Below, in pieces: positions 27,338 to 36,797 of a stretch of DNA of 64,000 nucleotides. Each line of letters starts with the position of its first letter. The stretch's first letter is position 1. Both the position numbers and the translations under genes were made by a program. Source of the stretch: a virus; the IMG/VR virus record IMGVR_UViG_3300021962_000035, positions 32,001 through 96,000 of that record, one strand, 5' to 3'. The notes under the pieces were generated by a model. The model saw nothing but the letters and a program-made list of their open reading frames with translations, was not told where the DNA came from and made no database searches.

Positions 27338-27366
27338 GAAACAAAGACCTTTCACATTTCTACAAT
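27338..27366 (+). promoter_or_regulatory. Putative middle-type promoter GAAAC-N18-TACAAT
   Basis: GAAAC 27338-27342, AAAGACCTTT 27343-27352, TACAAT 27361-27366. Confidence 0.6.
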
Positions 27367-27371
27367 TAGAT

Positions 27372-27641
27372 ATGGAAATAGGCGAGGATTTTGTTTTACC
27401 CTATGGTGAAAGACTTATTTTAAGTAAACCATCTGGATATTCTGTCGTCGAATATTCCCGTCATCCGGATAAAGATCTTGATAATATAGTGGAAGTTTGG
27501 AAATACGATAAGAGGAAGGGCAAGAAAGGAGAAGCTTCCTGGATAATCCTTAAAGATCTGTATTCCAACATAAGATCTCTGAGAGAAGAATATACACAGC
27601 AAACGTTGGAAACAATCCCTAAAAAATCAGATAAAAAATAA
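27372..27641 (+). CDS. Hypothetical protein
   Basis: 89-aa ORF directly after the GAAAC/TACAAT motif. Confidence 0.6.
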   Translation: MEIGEDFVLPYGERLILSKPSGYSVVEYSRHPDKDLDNIVEVWKYDKRKGKKGEASWIILKDLYSNIRSLREEYTQQTLETIPKKSDKK

Positions 27642-27645
27642 TGCT

Positions 27646-28290
27646 ATGGGGATATTTTCTTCATTATTTAAGAAAGATAAAAAAAAGAAAAAAATGGAAA
27701 TAAACGAACAAACAATAAATGATGCTCGTTCATATTACGGTGCACATGATTTTCAGTGGATTAAGGGGGATGACGCAGGAAATACTGAAATATTTAAAAA
27801 CATATCCCTGAATGGAGATATCTCATTTATTGAATTTAATAGCGGTAAAAGAATAAACACGGAACTTCTGGAAGAATTTATGATAATGCTTCCAGCCCAA
27901 CCAAAACCCGTTGAAATCCCTCAGCCTCAATATAATCCACCGGTTCAAACCCACCAGTCCACCGTTACCTCCATCATATATGACGATGCAAAAAATGCTC
28001 AAATTGATTCACCGATATATAAGTTACTGAAAAAGCAGAAAAAGAACATGGTCGAGGTTTCAATAAAGATAAAATTGAATCTTCCTCCTAAAGATCTTTA
28101 CACTGTTCTTTCTGGCTCTTTTGAGGATGCAGAAAAGGAAATAATAGATTTTGTTTTGGATGGAGTTGATATAGAGAATATAAAAGCATCTCTATCCGAT
28201 TCTATCAAAAAATCTTATTACACTGACTCTAAACCGCAAGAGGGGGCAAAGAAAAGTACAAAACCACAAAAAGAAACCAATGAGCAATAA
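27646..28290 (+). CDS. Hypothetical protein
   Basis: 214-aa ORF, tightly packed in the operon. Confidence 0.7.
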   Translation: MGIFSSLFKKDKKKKKMEINEQTINDARSYYGAHDFQWIKGDDAGNTEIFKNISLNGDISFIEFNSGKRINTELLEEFMIMLPAQPKPVEIPQPQYNPPVQTHQSTVTSIIYDDAKNAQIDSPIYKLLKKQKKNMVEVSIKIKLNLPPKDLYTVLSGSFEDAEKEIIDFVLDGVDIENIKASLSDSIKKSYYTDSKPQEGAKKSTKPQKETNEQ

Positions 28291-28867
28291 CGAAGAAAAA
28301 ATATTGACATCCACCCCAAGATTTGATGTTATCGAAAGGGACGGAAAGGTTGGAATAAGATCCACTGTAGAATCTGTGATAATACTTCCCTTTGTCACAG
28401 ATGATCAAGGCTTACCTCTAATGCTAGGAGTTCTTAAAGAAAAGAACCCTTTCAGAGAAGGAGGATATTCGGTTAGCTTGATATCAGGTACGTCAGAGGA
28501 CGAGGATCCAGATTTTCTAGAGACTGCAAAAAGAGAACTAAAGGAGGAATCTGGATTTGATGTTGAAGACAGTTCTAAGTGGTATTTTCTAGGAACAGTA
28601 ACAGCTTCTAAAATGGTGGATGCCGAGCATCCGTGTTTTGCTGTAGATGTTACGGGAATAAATAAAGGTGAAGCGACAACTGATGGATCTGAACAGGAAA
28701 GACTTTCTGAATTTATTTTTATCCCTGCTAACGATGTGGTTAAAGCTAAGGATGTCTTTGTACCTGCAATATTTTTAAAACTTTTTAAATTTGTTGTTGG
28801 TATGGATCTTTATAATAGAGACGATTCGACTTTTGGTAAATCAAAAGGATTTAGCGTAGAGATTTAA
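28280..28867 (+). CDS. Nudix hydrolase (ADP-ribose pyrophosphatase-like)
   Basis: Nudix box SLISGTSEDEDPDFLETAKRELKEESGF; WYFLG; FAVDV. Confidence 0.85.
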   Translation: MSNNEEKILTSTPRFDVIERDGKVGIRSTVESVIILPFVTDDQGLPLMLGVLKEKNPFREGGYSVSLISGTSEDEDPDFLETAKRELKEESGFDVEDSSKWYFLGTVTASKMVDAEHPCFAVDVTGINKGEATTDGSEQERLSEFIFIPANDVVKAKDVFVPAIFLKLFKFVVGMDLYNRDDSTFGKSKGFSVEI

Positions 28868-28879
28868 AATTTTTTAAGA

Positions 28880-29167
28880 ATGCAAAATAGAAGAGAAAGA
28901 AGAAAACTTCTTAGACAGTTTGGTCTCCTTAAACCAAACAAATCAAATAAAGCTTTATCCGGTCTGAGCAACATAGAATCTGGTAAAGAACTTCATAGAC
29001 AGAATCTCCAGGATATGAAGAACCAAGAAATATTAAGAAACAAAATTCAGAATCCAGAATCTGTGGAAAATCATGAGATATTTTTCTATAGAAACGAATC
29101 CACAGACTATGGTAATTTCCAGTCGATGCTAATTAATAAAGACTGGGAAAATCTTGAAAATGATTGA
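28880..29167 (+). CDS. Hypothetical protein
   Basis: 95-aa ORF with basic N-terminus NRRERRKLLRQFG. Confidence 0.65.
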   Translation: MQNRRERRKLLRQFGLLKPNKSNKALSGLSNIESGKELHRQNLQDMKNQEILRNKIQNPESVENHEIFFYRNESTDYGNFQSMLINKDWENLEND

Positions 29168-29507
29168 TTTAGTAGAAATGTCCAAAAGGATTAGTGTAAA
29201 TTTTTATATCTCCAGGCACTCTCCAAAGGAAGCTAGAAAGCGGTCCAGCTTTTCTAGTGATTTCTATGTGATCGATATCACCAAGATTATAAGGGATCTT
29301 GGATACGAGACAATCAGCATGACCCCCGAATCTGAATTCATATTAAACCATTCAATTCGTAATAAAATAACTCAGGGAATATATAGTACGAAGTGTGATA
29401 GTATACTCGTTTGCTATAGAAATATGCCCTCTGATTTTAGAGACAATCTAGAAGATTTCCTTGAGGAGTTCGTAGACACAATCGAATATTCTATCCACAA
29501 TTTGTAA
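29154..29507 (+). CDS. Hypothetical protein
   Basis: 117-aa ORF; the true start may be a downstream ATG. Confidence 0.6.
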   Translation: MKMIDLVEMSKRISVNFYISRHSPKEARKRSSFSSDFYVIDITKIIRDLGYETISMTPESEFILNHSIRNKITQGIYSTKCDSILVCYRNMPSDFRDNLEDFLEEFVDTIEYSIHNL

Positions 29508-29527
29508 AAAAATTAGGATGATAGAAA

Positions 29528-31417
29528 ATGCCATCGTATAATAAGGAAGCTTTAGGTCTTCTTTGGGAAGCTTCCCGCCAAGGAACAGCCCAGGACATAG
29601 TTTCAGAAATGAGTAACCTGGGGTCCAATAACCCCTTTAAAGGACCAACTGCTAGGTCTCTCTTTTATGAGGCTGGAAGAAGAAATCCTGGTAAATATGG
29701 CCAATACCTATTCTATTCATTGGGTAGTGGTGGTAACGATTTTATCGATGCCTACTACAGATCGGAATCGCAAGACTATAACACTAGAGTTTCCTCTATA
29801 GAATCTAAAAATCCTAGCGCGGGTTTTTTAGTTAACGAGACTCTTACATTAGAAATGTCCAGTGATTTAAACACCGGAATCCTCAGTGGTCTTATTTCGG
29901 GATATGAAGGATCGATAGTAGGAGGATTATCTGCACCATATTACTGGAAAGATTTCCTTTATTGTAAACACTATGGAACCATTCCAAATAACTATATGAT
30001 AACTCTTAGGAGATATCCAACCCCAGTTTTAGATAATTTATCCATACCAGCATACAAGAAAGATTTAAAAAGCACTGAAGCATACACAGCGGGCGGAGTT
30101 GGAAGACCTGTTGCTCAAGCGGTTACATGGTTCGGCGGTAACACCTCTAATACTTTAAGCTCGCTAATCGGATTCACAACTGGGATTCAATGGGATGGTG
30201 CCAATCAACCGGACGTAAAAACCCAAGAAGCCTTTACAAAGGGATTCTTCCAGGACGGACCGGTAAAATGGATCGGTGGAGCTTTGCAAAAAATATCAGA
30301 TAAAGCGGGTAATGCTTTTGATATTGGAGCTGCCATTTTTAATGGAGCTATTGCCGCAACAGACGTTGATGAAACACTAACCAAATCAATCAGAGCTAAG
30401 AATTTTAGAGATAATGCCAAAGAAAGGGGAGGACTTTTAGGTGAATATATTTGGGTTCCTGTTGACGTTGTTTCGAATGGATATAAAAGAGGCATGGGAC
30501 TTACCTTTAGCTGGGATGCTCTGACCATTGTGTTTGAATATGAACTAAGTTCTGTTGGAGAAGTTAACAGTAAGGCGGCACTTTTGGATATCATGGGTAA
30601 TTTATTGTCCATTGGAACAAACTATGGTAATTTTTTAACCCCCGATATTAGATACAATAATCAATTTCCAGCTATAGGATTTCCGGGAGGAGAAAAAGGA
30701 CTTAATGATTTTTACAATGATCCTTTAGCTTGGATAACCACTTACGGTGCAAAGCTAGCAAATTTAACTGCTGGTTCTAGCTCATCCGAAAGTCAAGACC
30801 AAGGAAGCGAACCGGAAACCATCGGTGGAGCTGGGGATCAATTTTCTTCCGATCAATTAAATGCCATAAGAGATATTTATACAAAAATAGGTAAGGGAAC
30901 GGGAAGTCTAACAGAAGCTTTAGCACAATTGAAGAGTACTCTTGGTGACGACGCTTCTAGATTATTGAAATTTGCAGTGACCTCTGAATTTCTTTCCAGT
31001 TTCCAAGAGCCTGTGAGCTTTTTGACTGGAGCACCAATAGGGGAATGGCATTTGACTATCGGTAATCCATGTAACCCTATAGCAATGATAGGTAATCTAA
31101 TTTGTGATGGGGTTTCTATAGAATTTGGTGATGTACTAGGACCTGATGATTTCCCTACTACTTTAAAAGCCACCTTCACTTTAAAACACGCTAGAGATAG
31201 GGAGAGAGGGGAGATAGAAAGTATATTCAACCGAGGTGATGGAAGACTTTATCAGACCGCACAACCCACCTCTGCAAATCAACAAAGCTTTGATGCTGTT
31301 TCTGATGTTAACGGTAACAGATTCAGCGAAGAATATGTTAACCAGGCTTTAAACGGAGGAGCTTGGGGTTCACAACTTGATGGATTGGGTGATCAGCAAG
31401 GCCCAACAAATCCCTAA
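29528..31417 (+). CDS. Probable baseplate/tail-tube initiator (gp48-like)
   Basis: Leads the baseplate cluster; C-terminal GEWHLTIGNP...NLICDGVSIEF..LGPDDFPTTLKATFTL looks like a tube-protein fold. Confidence 0.45.
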   Translation: MPSYNKEALGLLWEASRQGTAQDIVSEMSNLGSNNPFKGPTARSLFYEAGRRNPGKYGQYLFYSLGSGGNDFIDAYYRSESQDYNTRVSSIESKNPSAGFLVNETLTLEMSSDLNTGILSGLISGYEGSIVGGLSAPYYWKDFLYCKHYGTIPNNYMITLRRYPTPVLDNLSIPAYKKDLKSTEAYTAGGVGRPVAQAVTWFGGNTSNTLSSLIGFTTGIQWDGANQPDVKTQEAFTKGFFQDGPVKWIGGALQKISDKAGNAFDIGAAIFNGAIAATDVDETLTKSIRAKNFRDNAKERGGLLGEYIWVPVDVVSNGYKRGMGLTFSWDALTIVFEYELSSVGEVNSKAALLDIMGNLLSIGTNYGNFLTPDIRYNNQFPAIGFPGGEKGLNDFYNDPLAWITTYGAKLANLTAGSSSSESQDQGSEPETIGGAGDQFSSDQLNAIRDIYTKIGKGTGSLTEALAQLKSTLGDDASRLLKFAVTSEFLSSFQEPVSFLTGAPIGEWHLTIGNPCNPIAMIGNLICDGVSIEFGDVLGPDDFPTTLKATFTLKHARDRERGEIESIFNRGDGRLYQTAQPTSANQQSFDAVSDVNGNRFSEEYVNQALNGGAWGSQLDGLGDQQGPTNP

Positions 31418-31435
31418 ATAAAATAAATCAATAAA

Positions 31436-32023
31436 ATGGCACTGGAAATAGATACACTGACCAATAATAAAAGAATATTCAATCCGGATAGCACTTTAAA
31501 TTCTACCGGTAGCTATGGAGTATGGGATCTCACTAAAGCTTCCATGACTTATAATAATGTCTCTGTACAGATAAAAACATTTTTTGCAGTAACTGAGTAC
31601 TATCAGATGAGACCTGATATCATAGCTGCTATTAAGCTGGGTGATCAAGGAATGGTTGGGTCCTTGTTAAAATTCAATAGCGTAAGTAATCCTTTTGCTG
31701 TCAAGGAAGGCACTGTCTTTGCAATACCTGAATCATCAACTGTACAGGAGAGCTTTAGAACAAAACAAATTAAAGATCAAACGGCCGTTAGTTCGAATAC
31801 GAACACAAATCCAAATAACGTGTTTAAGAAAAACCAAGAACAGAAAAAATTCAAGGTTAGCGAGGGTAGGAAAAAATATTTGCAGGACAAAGTAAAAAAT
31901 AAGCCTGCAATGGATTTACCGCCTAATGTTCTTCAACCAGGGGAGAAAGTAATAGATAAAAAGAACGGATTCTTCATATTTGCACCTGATGCAGGTGGAG
32001 GAGGATTCAATACACCTCAGTAA
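31436..32023 (+). CDS. Baseplate wedge protein (gp53/LysM-like)
   Basis: RPDIIAAIKLG...LLKFNSVSNPFAVKEGTVFAIP. Confidence 0.7.
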   Translation: MALEIDTLTNNKRIFNPDSTLNSTGSYGVWDLTKASMTYNNVSVQIKTFFAVTEYYQMRPDIIAAIKLGDQGMVGSLLKFNSVSNPFAVKEGTVFAIPESSTVQESFRTKQIKDQTAVSSNTNTNPNNVFKKNQEQKKFKVSEGRKKYLQDKVKNKPAMDLPPNVLQPGEKVIDKKNGFFIFAPDAGGGGFNTPQ

Positions 32024-32033
32024 ATCTATATAA

Positions 32034-33578
32034 ATGGGTAGAGATTCAATAAACATAGTAAACGTAGCTCTAAATAACATGAAGCTAGACGAGGCAATCC
32101 AAGTGGATTACTCGAATGGTGCTAGTGATATACAGTCTCTTAGAAATTCTGGAGAAACTGACGAAAAGCTAACTGGTCTAAATGTTCCTTTTCTTACAAT
32201 AAACGGTTATAGTGTAACAAATTTCTTAACAAGATTCAATCTGGATTTGGGTGGATTTATACCAACTGTAAGATTCTCGTTCATAGCAGTTGAAAGTGTT
32301 TTTATATCTAACAACTACCCAAAGGACGGAGATATAGTTTCTCTTTATATGAGAGCACCCGGAGATTACTATAAACCGATTAGAATGGACTTCAATATAC
32401 TAGATGTTGTCAGCGAGGTTTCTAGTACTTATTCAGAAACTGGTTCAGATCCTGATGGAAAGGGAATAAATTTGAGATTCACTATAGTAGCTGAATGTAG
32501 AATTCCTGGACTTTACACGGAGAGAATAAAGTCTTTTGCTAATATGAATTCCCATGATGCTTTATTGGAGATTTCACAAGATCTTAATTTGGGATTCTCG
32601 ACAAATGAAGGTTCACCTGACGATAAGATGACATGGCTATGTCCAAACTATTCATATTACGATCTTATAAGGGAAATTACTTTAAGCGCATATAAAGATG
32701 ACGAGTCTAGTTTTTTCGATTGCTGGATAGATCCTTATTATAATCTCAATTTTATTAATATGGGTTCCCAGTTTGAATTTGACAGGGATCCAAAATGGCA
32801 GGCAAGAATAGTTCCGGGATATACGTCAGCTGGTGTCAAAGTGGATAGCGCTATACCAGGAGCACCAACACCAGAAAATAAAACTTTGCCATTAGTTCTA
32901 ACTAATATGGCTGGATTTGGAGTTGTACCATATTTTATAAACGGCTACACCTTAACATCAAGGGCTGGTACTAACACCAACGCCTCAGGTTATGTAACTG
33001 ATATAGGATTCTATGACGAGTTATTAGAAACCAACGATCCCACCGAAAAATACGTTACGTATTCTATGGAATCCATAACTCCGGAGACGATCGGGATCGG
33101 TTCGATACTTCAGAAAGGTAGAGCTAGAGATAATGAATATAAAGAAGAAAAAAGGAGACAGTGGATGGGTGTTTTGAACACCGACGGAGTACACAAGAAT
33201 TATTATCATGCTAGACTGCAGAACACAATAAACATGAATGACTGCACTAAGCTAACCTTGGAGGTCGAGCTTACTGATTTTTTCCCGGGTCTTTATAGAG
33301 GACAAGTTATCCCCGTCGGAATTTATGTTTTTACTCAAGGAACAAGACAACAAAATGTAGGGAATATGCCTAACGGTCAGCCTAATACTTCTGCTGCTCC
33401 CACAAAGGATGAATTCCTTTCTGGAAATTATGTGATAGTCTCTATGTCCATAAAATGGAGTATTAGTTCTGGCGGAATGAAACACTATCTGACATTGGCA
33501 AAAAGAACTTGGACAGCAAACTCTTCTGGACCTATACCTAAGGCTTTCCCTATCTCAGCTATAAAGAAGCTATTTTAA
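32034..33578 (+). CDS. Baseplate hub protein (gp27/gpD-like)
   Basis: Follows the gp53-like gene; C-terminal PGLYRGQVI and FLSGNYVIVSMSIKW...HYLTLAKR. Confidence 0.6.
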   Translation: MGRDSINIVNVALNNMKLDEAIQVDYSNGASDIQSLRNSGETDEKLTGLNVPFLTINGYSVTNFLTRFNLDLGGFIPTVRFSFIAVESVFISNNYPKDGDIVSLYMRAPGDYYKPIRMDFNILDVVSEVSSTYSETGSDPDGKGINLRFTIVAECRIPGLYTERIKSFANMNSHDALLEISQDLNLGFSTNEGSPDDKMTWLCPNYSYYDLIREITLSAYKDDESSFFDCWIDPYYNLNFINMGSQFEFDRDPKWQARIVPGYTSAGVKVDSAIPGAPTPENKTLPLVLTNMAGFGVVPYFINGYTLTSRAGTNTNASGYVTDIGFYDELLETNDPTEKYVTYSMESITPETIGIGSILQKGRARDNEYKEEKRRQWMGVLNTDGVHKNYYHARLQNTINMNDCTKLTLEVELTDFFPGLYRGQVIPVGIYVFTQGTRQQNVGNMPNGQPNTSAAPTKDEFLSGNYVIVSMSIKWSISSGGMKHYLTLAKRTWTANSSGPIPKAFPISAIKKLF

Positions 33579-33585
33579 AAGATGA

Positions 33586-33593
33586 GATAAATA
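33586..33593 (+). promoter_or_regulatory. Late-promoter-like motif GATAAATA
   Basis: 20 nt before ATG33614. Confidence 0.5.
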
Positions 33594-33613
33594 CAATAAA
33601 CTAAAACAGATTA

Positions 33614-36088
33614 ATGTCATTCGGAGCAACAGATCAACTAAGGAGTCTTTTCCTAAAGGGCTTTAAACTATCCAAACAAGGAAACTACGAGGATCCAACA
33701 TATCTTGGATTTAAAATAGTGGTTGATTTTGGTGCTCTACCAGTCAGAGCTGATGATGGGCTTCCGCCTAGCCCGCTTTTCAGAGAGACAAGTTATATAA
33801 ATAACGATTTTTTCGGTAACAATCCTTTTGGTCAAGCCCAGTATTCGTACAGAACTCAGCCTAACGGAAACATATCATTTCATTCAGCAATATCTTATTT
33901 AAGAGAAAGAGAAGCACAGTTTCCCAGAGGCGGAAAGAGATCCGATATGTTAATCCAATTTAAAAATAGTTTTAGTGATCTCCTTAATAATTCACCTTGG
34001 TTTATTCAATCAATTAGCGGATTAGACCAATTGCCTTTAGTTTCGAGAAAGGGTTTTGCAGTTGAAGCAAATACAGAATTCAGTCCTCAGAGGACACAAG
34101 GGAAGGCTTTGGAATTTACCACTCTAGAATCTTTGAATTTAAGAATGACCGCTCTAGCGGATCTTTACAATCAAGCAACTTTCGATTATGATAATATGCG
34201 TGAACTTGTTCCTAGAAATCTTAGAAAGTTTACGATGTATATTTTCGTTTCGGAGATTCGTAATTTCTTTAAGACGTCTAGATTAATAGGTTCATCTGCA
34301 GCCCTAACTGCAATAGATAATATAGCTACTCTTCTTGGATCAGGAAACAACCCTGGTACAAATGTTGGTGACGTAGCGGGAGAACAGAATAGCGAATATA
34401 ACGGAGGTTCTTCGAACACCAATCCTGCTAGTGCTTTTAATTCCTTTGTTGGTAATGTTTTAAATGGGGCTGGTGTTGATAATGACTTATCGATGCTCAG
34501 AAACCAGCAAGATCAGAGCGGAATAAAACCAGTTATAGTTTTTGAGTGTAGAAATTGTGAGTTTGATTTTAGCGAAAGCACCCCGATACCTAGTGAAATA
34601 AACCCCGGTACAGATAGTGCAACTCCGGTATCCCAAAAATTCAGAGTTATTGTTGGAAGGGTTAGGGTTAGAACTCAATATCCCAATATCAGGCAGGATG
34701 AAAAGCCTTTGATACTTGGTGATAGCTGGGACGCTGCTAGATCTTCGGTACAGAGAAACCCTAACAATCTAGGAAATGATTTGCTTTCTATTGGTGGCGA
34801 GCTTCTAACTAATTTTTTAAGTAATTCTTTAAATGATCTAATAAATGAGGGAGTTGCTAATTTCATTAAGCCCAATGTTGCAGGACTGGACACACTAGCT
34901 CTTGGTAATATCTATAGCTTGAATCCTTCACAGGTATTAGGAAATCTTTCCTTCAACACTGCACAGCAGTTTTTGGACCAGCTAGGAAACATAAATCCCG
35001 GATTCAAAGAAACTAATTTACCAAATCCACAAACAACTGGACTTGGAGGTCCACCTCAAAGGGTTTATCCTGGAATTAACGATGACGTCTACACTAGGGT
35101 TCCTGGATCTGATCTGGGGGTAAGCTCTATAGCAGGTGTACAGGGAAGAGTCTACACTAAACCTACAGGAGACAACTATCCGGGTGTTCCTGGTCAGGAT
35201 CTGGGGGTTCCTCAGAGAGTTTACGTCGAGCCTAAGGGAGATGCTTATGGCGATGTTCCGGGAAAAGATCTGGGAGTTCCCGATAGGGTTTATCCAGCTC
35301 CTGTTGGAGACGCGTATGATGAAGTACCGGGAGCAGATCTTGGAGTTCCCGATAGGGTTTATCCAGCTCCGGGCGGAGACGCGTATGCGGACGTACCTGG
35401 TCAGGATTTAGGTGTTCCCCAAAGGGTTTATCCAGCTCCGGGCGGAGACGCGTATGCGGACGTACCCGGGCAGGATCTGGGAGTTCCTCAAAGGGTTTAT
35501 CCAGCTCCGAGCGGAGACGCTTACGGGAATGTTCCAGGAAGCGATTTAGGCGTGCCTAGCAGAACTTATCCGCAAATCCAAGATGATGTATACAAAAACG
35601 TTCCGGGCACAGATTTGGGTGTTCCTACACGTTCTTATGGTAAAATACAGGATGATGTGTACAAGTCAGTACCTGGTCAGGATCTAGGAGCTCCTGATAG
35701 AAGTTATAAGCCTGCAGACGGTAAAGTTTATCCTGATGCAAATAACGATCAAGCACCTCTTAATACTCAAAAAGTTTATCCCGATTCTGTAAAAACTTCT
35801 ACTAATTCTCAGATAGAACCTGCTCCGGTATATTCACAAACCCAGAAGATCAGTTCTAACGGGGAACTTAGAGATCCATCAAACACATTCACCACACAGC
35901 CAAATGCTGTTTATCCAAAGGTAGATCAGGTTAATAGAAAATCCAGGGGGGAAATCGGAAAGGCTTACCCTCAGACAACCGGAGATTTTATAGTTGAAGC
36001 CCCACTAAATTTAGGAAATTTAAAGCCAGAAGGTAAGTATAATATCAGTACAGGCGGATTAAACCCGGAGCCTGAAAAGTTTGAATAA
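33614..36088 (+). CDS. Probable baseplate/tube-associated protein (gp54-like N-domain) with Pro/Gly-rich 23-aa repeat tail
   Basis: EDPTYLGF, PWFIQSISGLD, TTLESLNLRMTAL, PRNLRKFTMYIFVSEIR; position between hub and spike genes. Confidence 0.45.
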   Translation: MSFGATDQLRSLFLKGFKLSKQGNYEDPTYLGFKIVVDFGALPVRADDGLPPSPLFRETSYINNDFFGNNPFGQAQYSYRTQPNGNISFHSAISYLREREAQFPRGGKRSDMLIQFKNSFSDLLNNSPWFIQSISGLDQLPLVSRKGFAVEANTEFSPQRTQGKALEFTTLESLNLRMTALADLYNQATFDYDNMRELVPRNLRKFTMYIFVSEIRNFFKTSRLIGSSAALTAIDNIATLLGSGNNPGTNVGDVAGEQNSEYNGGSSNTNPASAFNSFVGNVLNGAGVDNDLSMLRNQQDQSGIKPVIVFECRNCEFDFSESTPIPSEINPGTDSATPVSQKFRVIVGRVRVRTQYPNIRQDEKPLILGDSWDAARSSVQRNPNNLGNDLLSIGGELLTNFLSNSLNDLINEGVANFIKPNVAGLDTLALGNIYSLNPSQVLGNLSFNTAQQFLDQLGNINPGFKETNLPNPQTTGLGGPPQRVYPGINDDVYTRVPGSDLGVSSIAGVQGRVYTKPTGDNYPGVPGQDLGVPQRVYVEPKGDAYGDVPGKDLGVPDRVYPAPVGDAYDEVPGADLGVPDRVYPAPGGDAYADVPGQDLGVPQRVYPAPGGDAYADVPGQDLGVPQRVYPAPSGDAYGNVPGSDLGVPSRTYPQIQDDVYKNVPGTDLGVPTRSYGKIQDDVYKSVPGQDLGAPDRSYKPADGKVYPDANNDQAPLNTQKVYPDSVKTSTNSQIEPAPVYSQTQKISSNGELRDPSNTFTTQPNAVYPKVDQVNRKSRGEIGKAYPQTTGDFIVEAPLNLGNLKPEGKYNISTGGLNPEPEKFE
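35057..35735 (+). repeat. In-frame 69-bp (23-aa) tandem repeat, about 9 units plus a partial one
   Basis: Consensus QRVYPAPGGDAYADVPGQDLGVP; central units nearly identical at DNA level. Confidence 0.95.
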
Positions 36089-36090
36089 TT

Positions 36091-36795
36091 ATGTCAGGAG
36101 AAAATAAAACGTATCTTGGTAGGGTGGTTGATATCAAGGACCCACTTTACGAGGGAAGAGCAAAGGTTGAAGTCTTCGGTATATTTGACGGACTTCCAGT
36201 TGACGATATCCCTTGGGCAGAGCAGATTGCGGGTTTATCTTTTGGTGGGGATTTTGGTGGGGGTAACCTTACCATACCTAGACTTGGCTCTATAGTGGCG
36301 GTTAATTTTGAAGGTAATAACTACTACAAACTAAATTTCCACTACGTCAAAGAAATCTCCAAAGATCTTATGGCTGAACTTAAAGAGGAAAACTCTTATG
36401 AAGGAACCAACTCTTTAATATATGATTCCGAGGCTCAACCTGGAACATTAAAAATGATATACACCAGGAAGAAGGGTTTAGTTTTCCAACTGGGGGATGC
36501 CACAATACAACTGGATACTCAAAACGGAGGAACTGATAAGGAGAAGCTAAGAATAGTTGTTAAGATGAATGATGACGAGATTAGAATGGAGAAGAGCGGG
36601 GGAAAACAGAAGGTGATAGTTAAATCTGAAAATATAGAACTCGGAGAGGGAGCTGTAGAAAAGCTAGTTTTGGGTAGCACCTTTTTGACATTCTTTAATT
36701 CACACACTCATCCAACTGGAGTTGGTCCATCTGGTGTACCTGTTGTACCGATGTCCGATCCTCAGCATTTAAGTCAAGTATCTAAAACTAAATAA
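36091..36795 (+). CDS. Baseplate central spike (gp5/gpV-like OB-fold, no lysozyme domain)
   Basis: YLGRVVDIKDPLYEGRAKVEVFG...IPWA...IPRLGSIVAVNF; C-terminal FNSHTHP (HxH spike tip). Confidence 0.85.
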   Translation: MSGENKTYLGRVVDIKDPLYEGRAKVEVFGIFDGLPVDDIPWAEQIAGLSFGGDFGGGNLTIPRLGSIVAVNFEGNNYYKLNFHYVKEISKDLMAELKEENSYEGTNSLIYDSEAQPGTLKMIYTRKKGLVFQLGDATIQLDTQNGGTDKEKLRIVVKMNDDEIRMEKSGGKQKVIVKSENIELGEGAVEKLVLGSTFLTFFNSHTHPTGVGPSGVPVVPMSDPQHLSQVSKTK

Positions 36796-36797
36796 CA

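Noticed and set aside
35057-35735. 69-bp near-identical repeats as a DGR template/variable pair or CRISPR
   Set aside because: Differences are not adenine-specific, units are tandem and coding, and no reverse transcriptase is present in the window.
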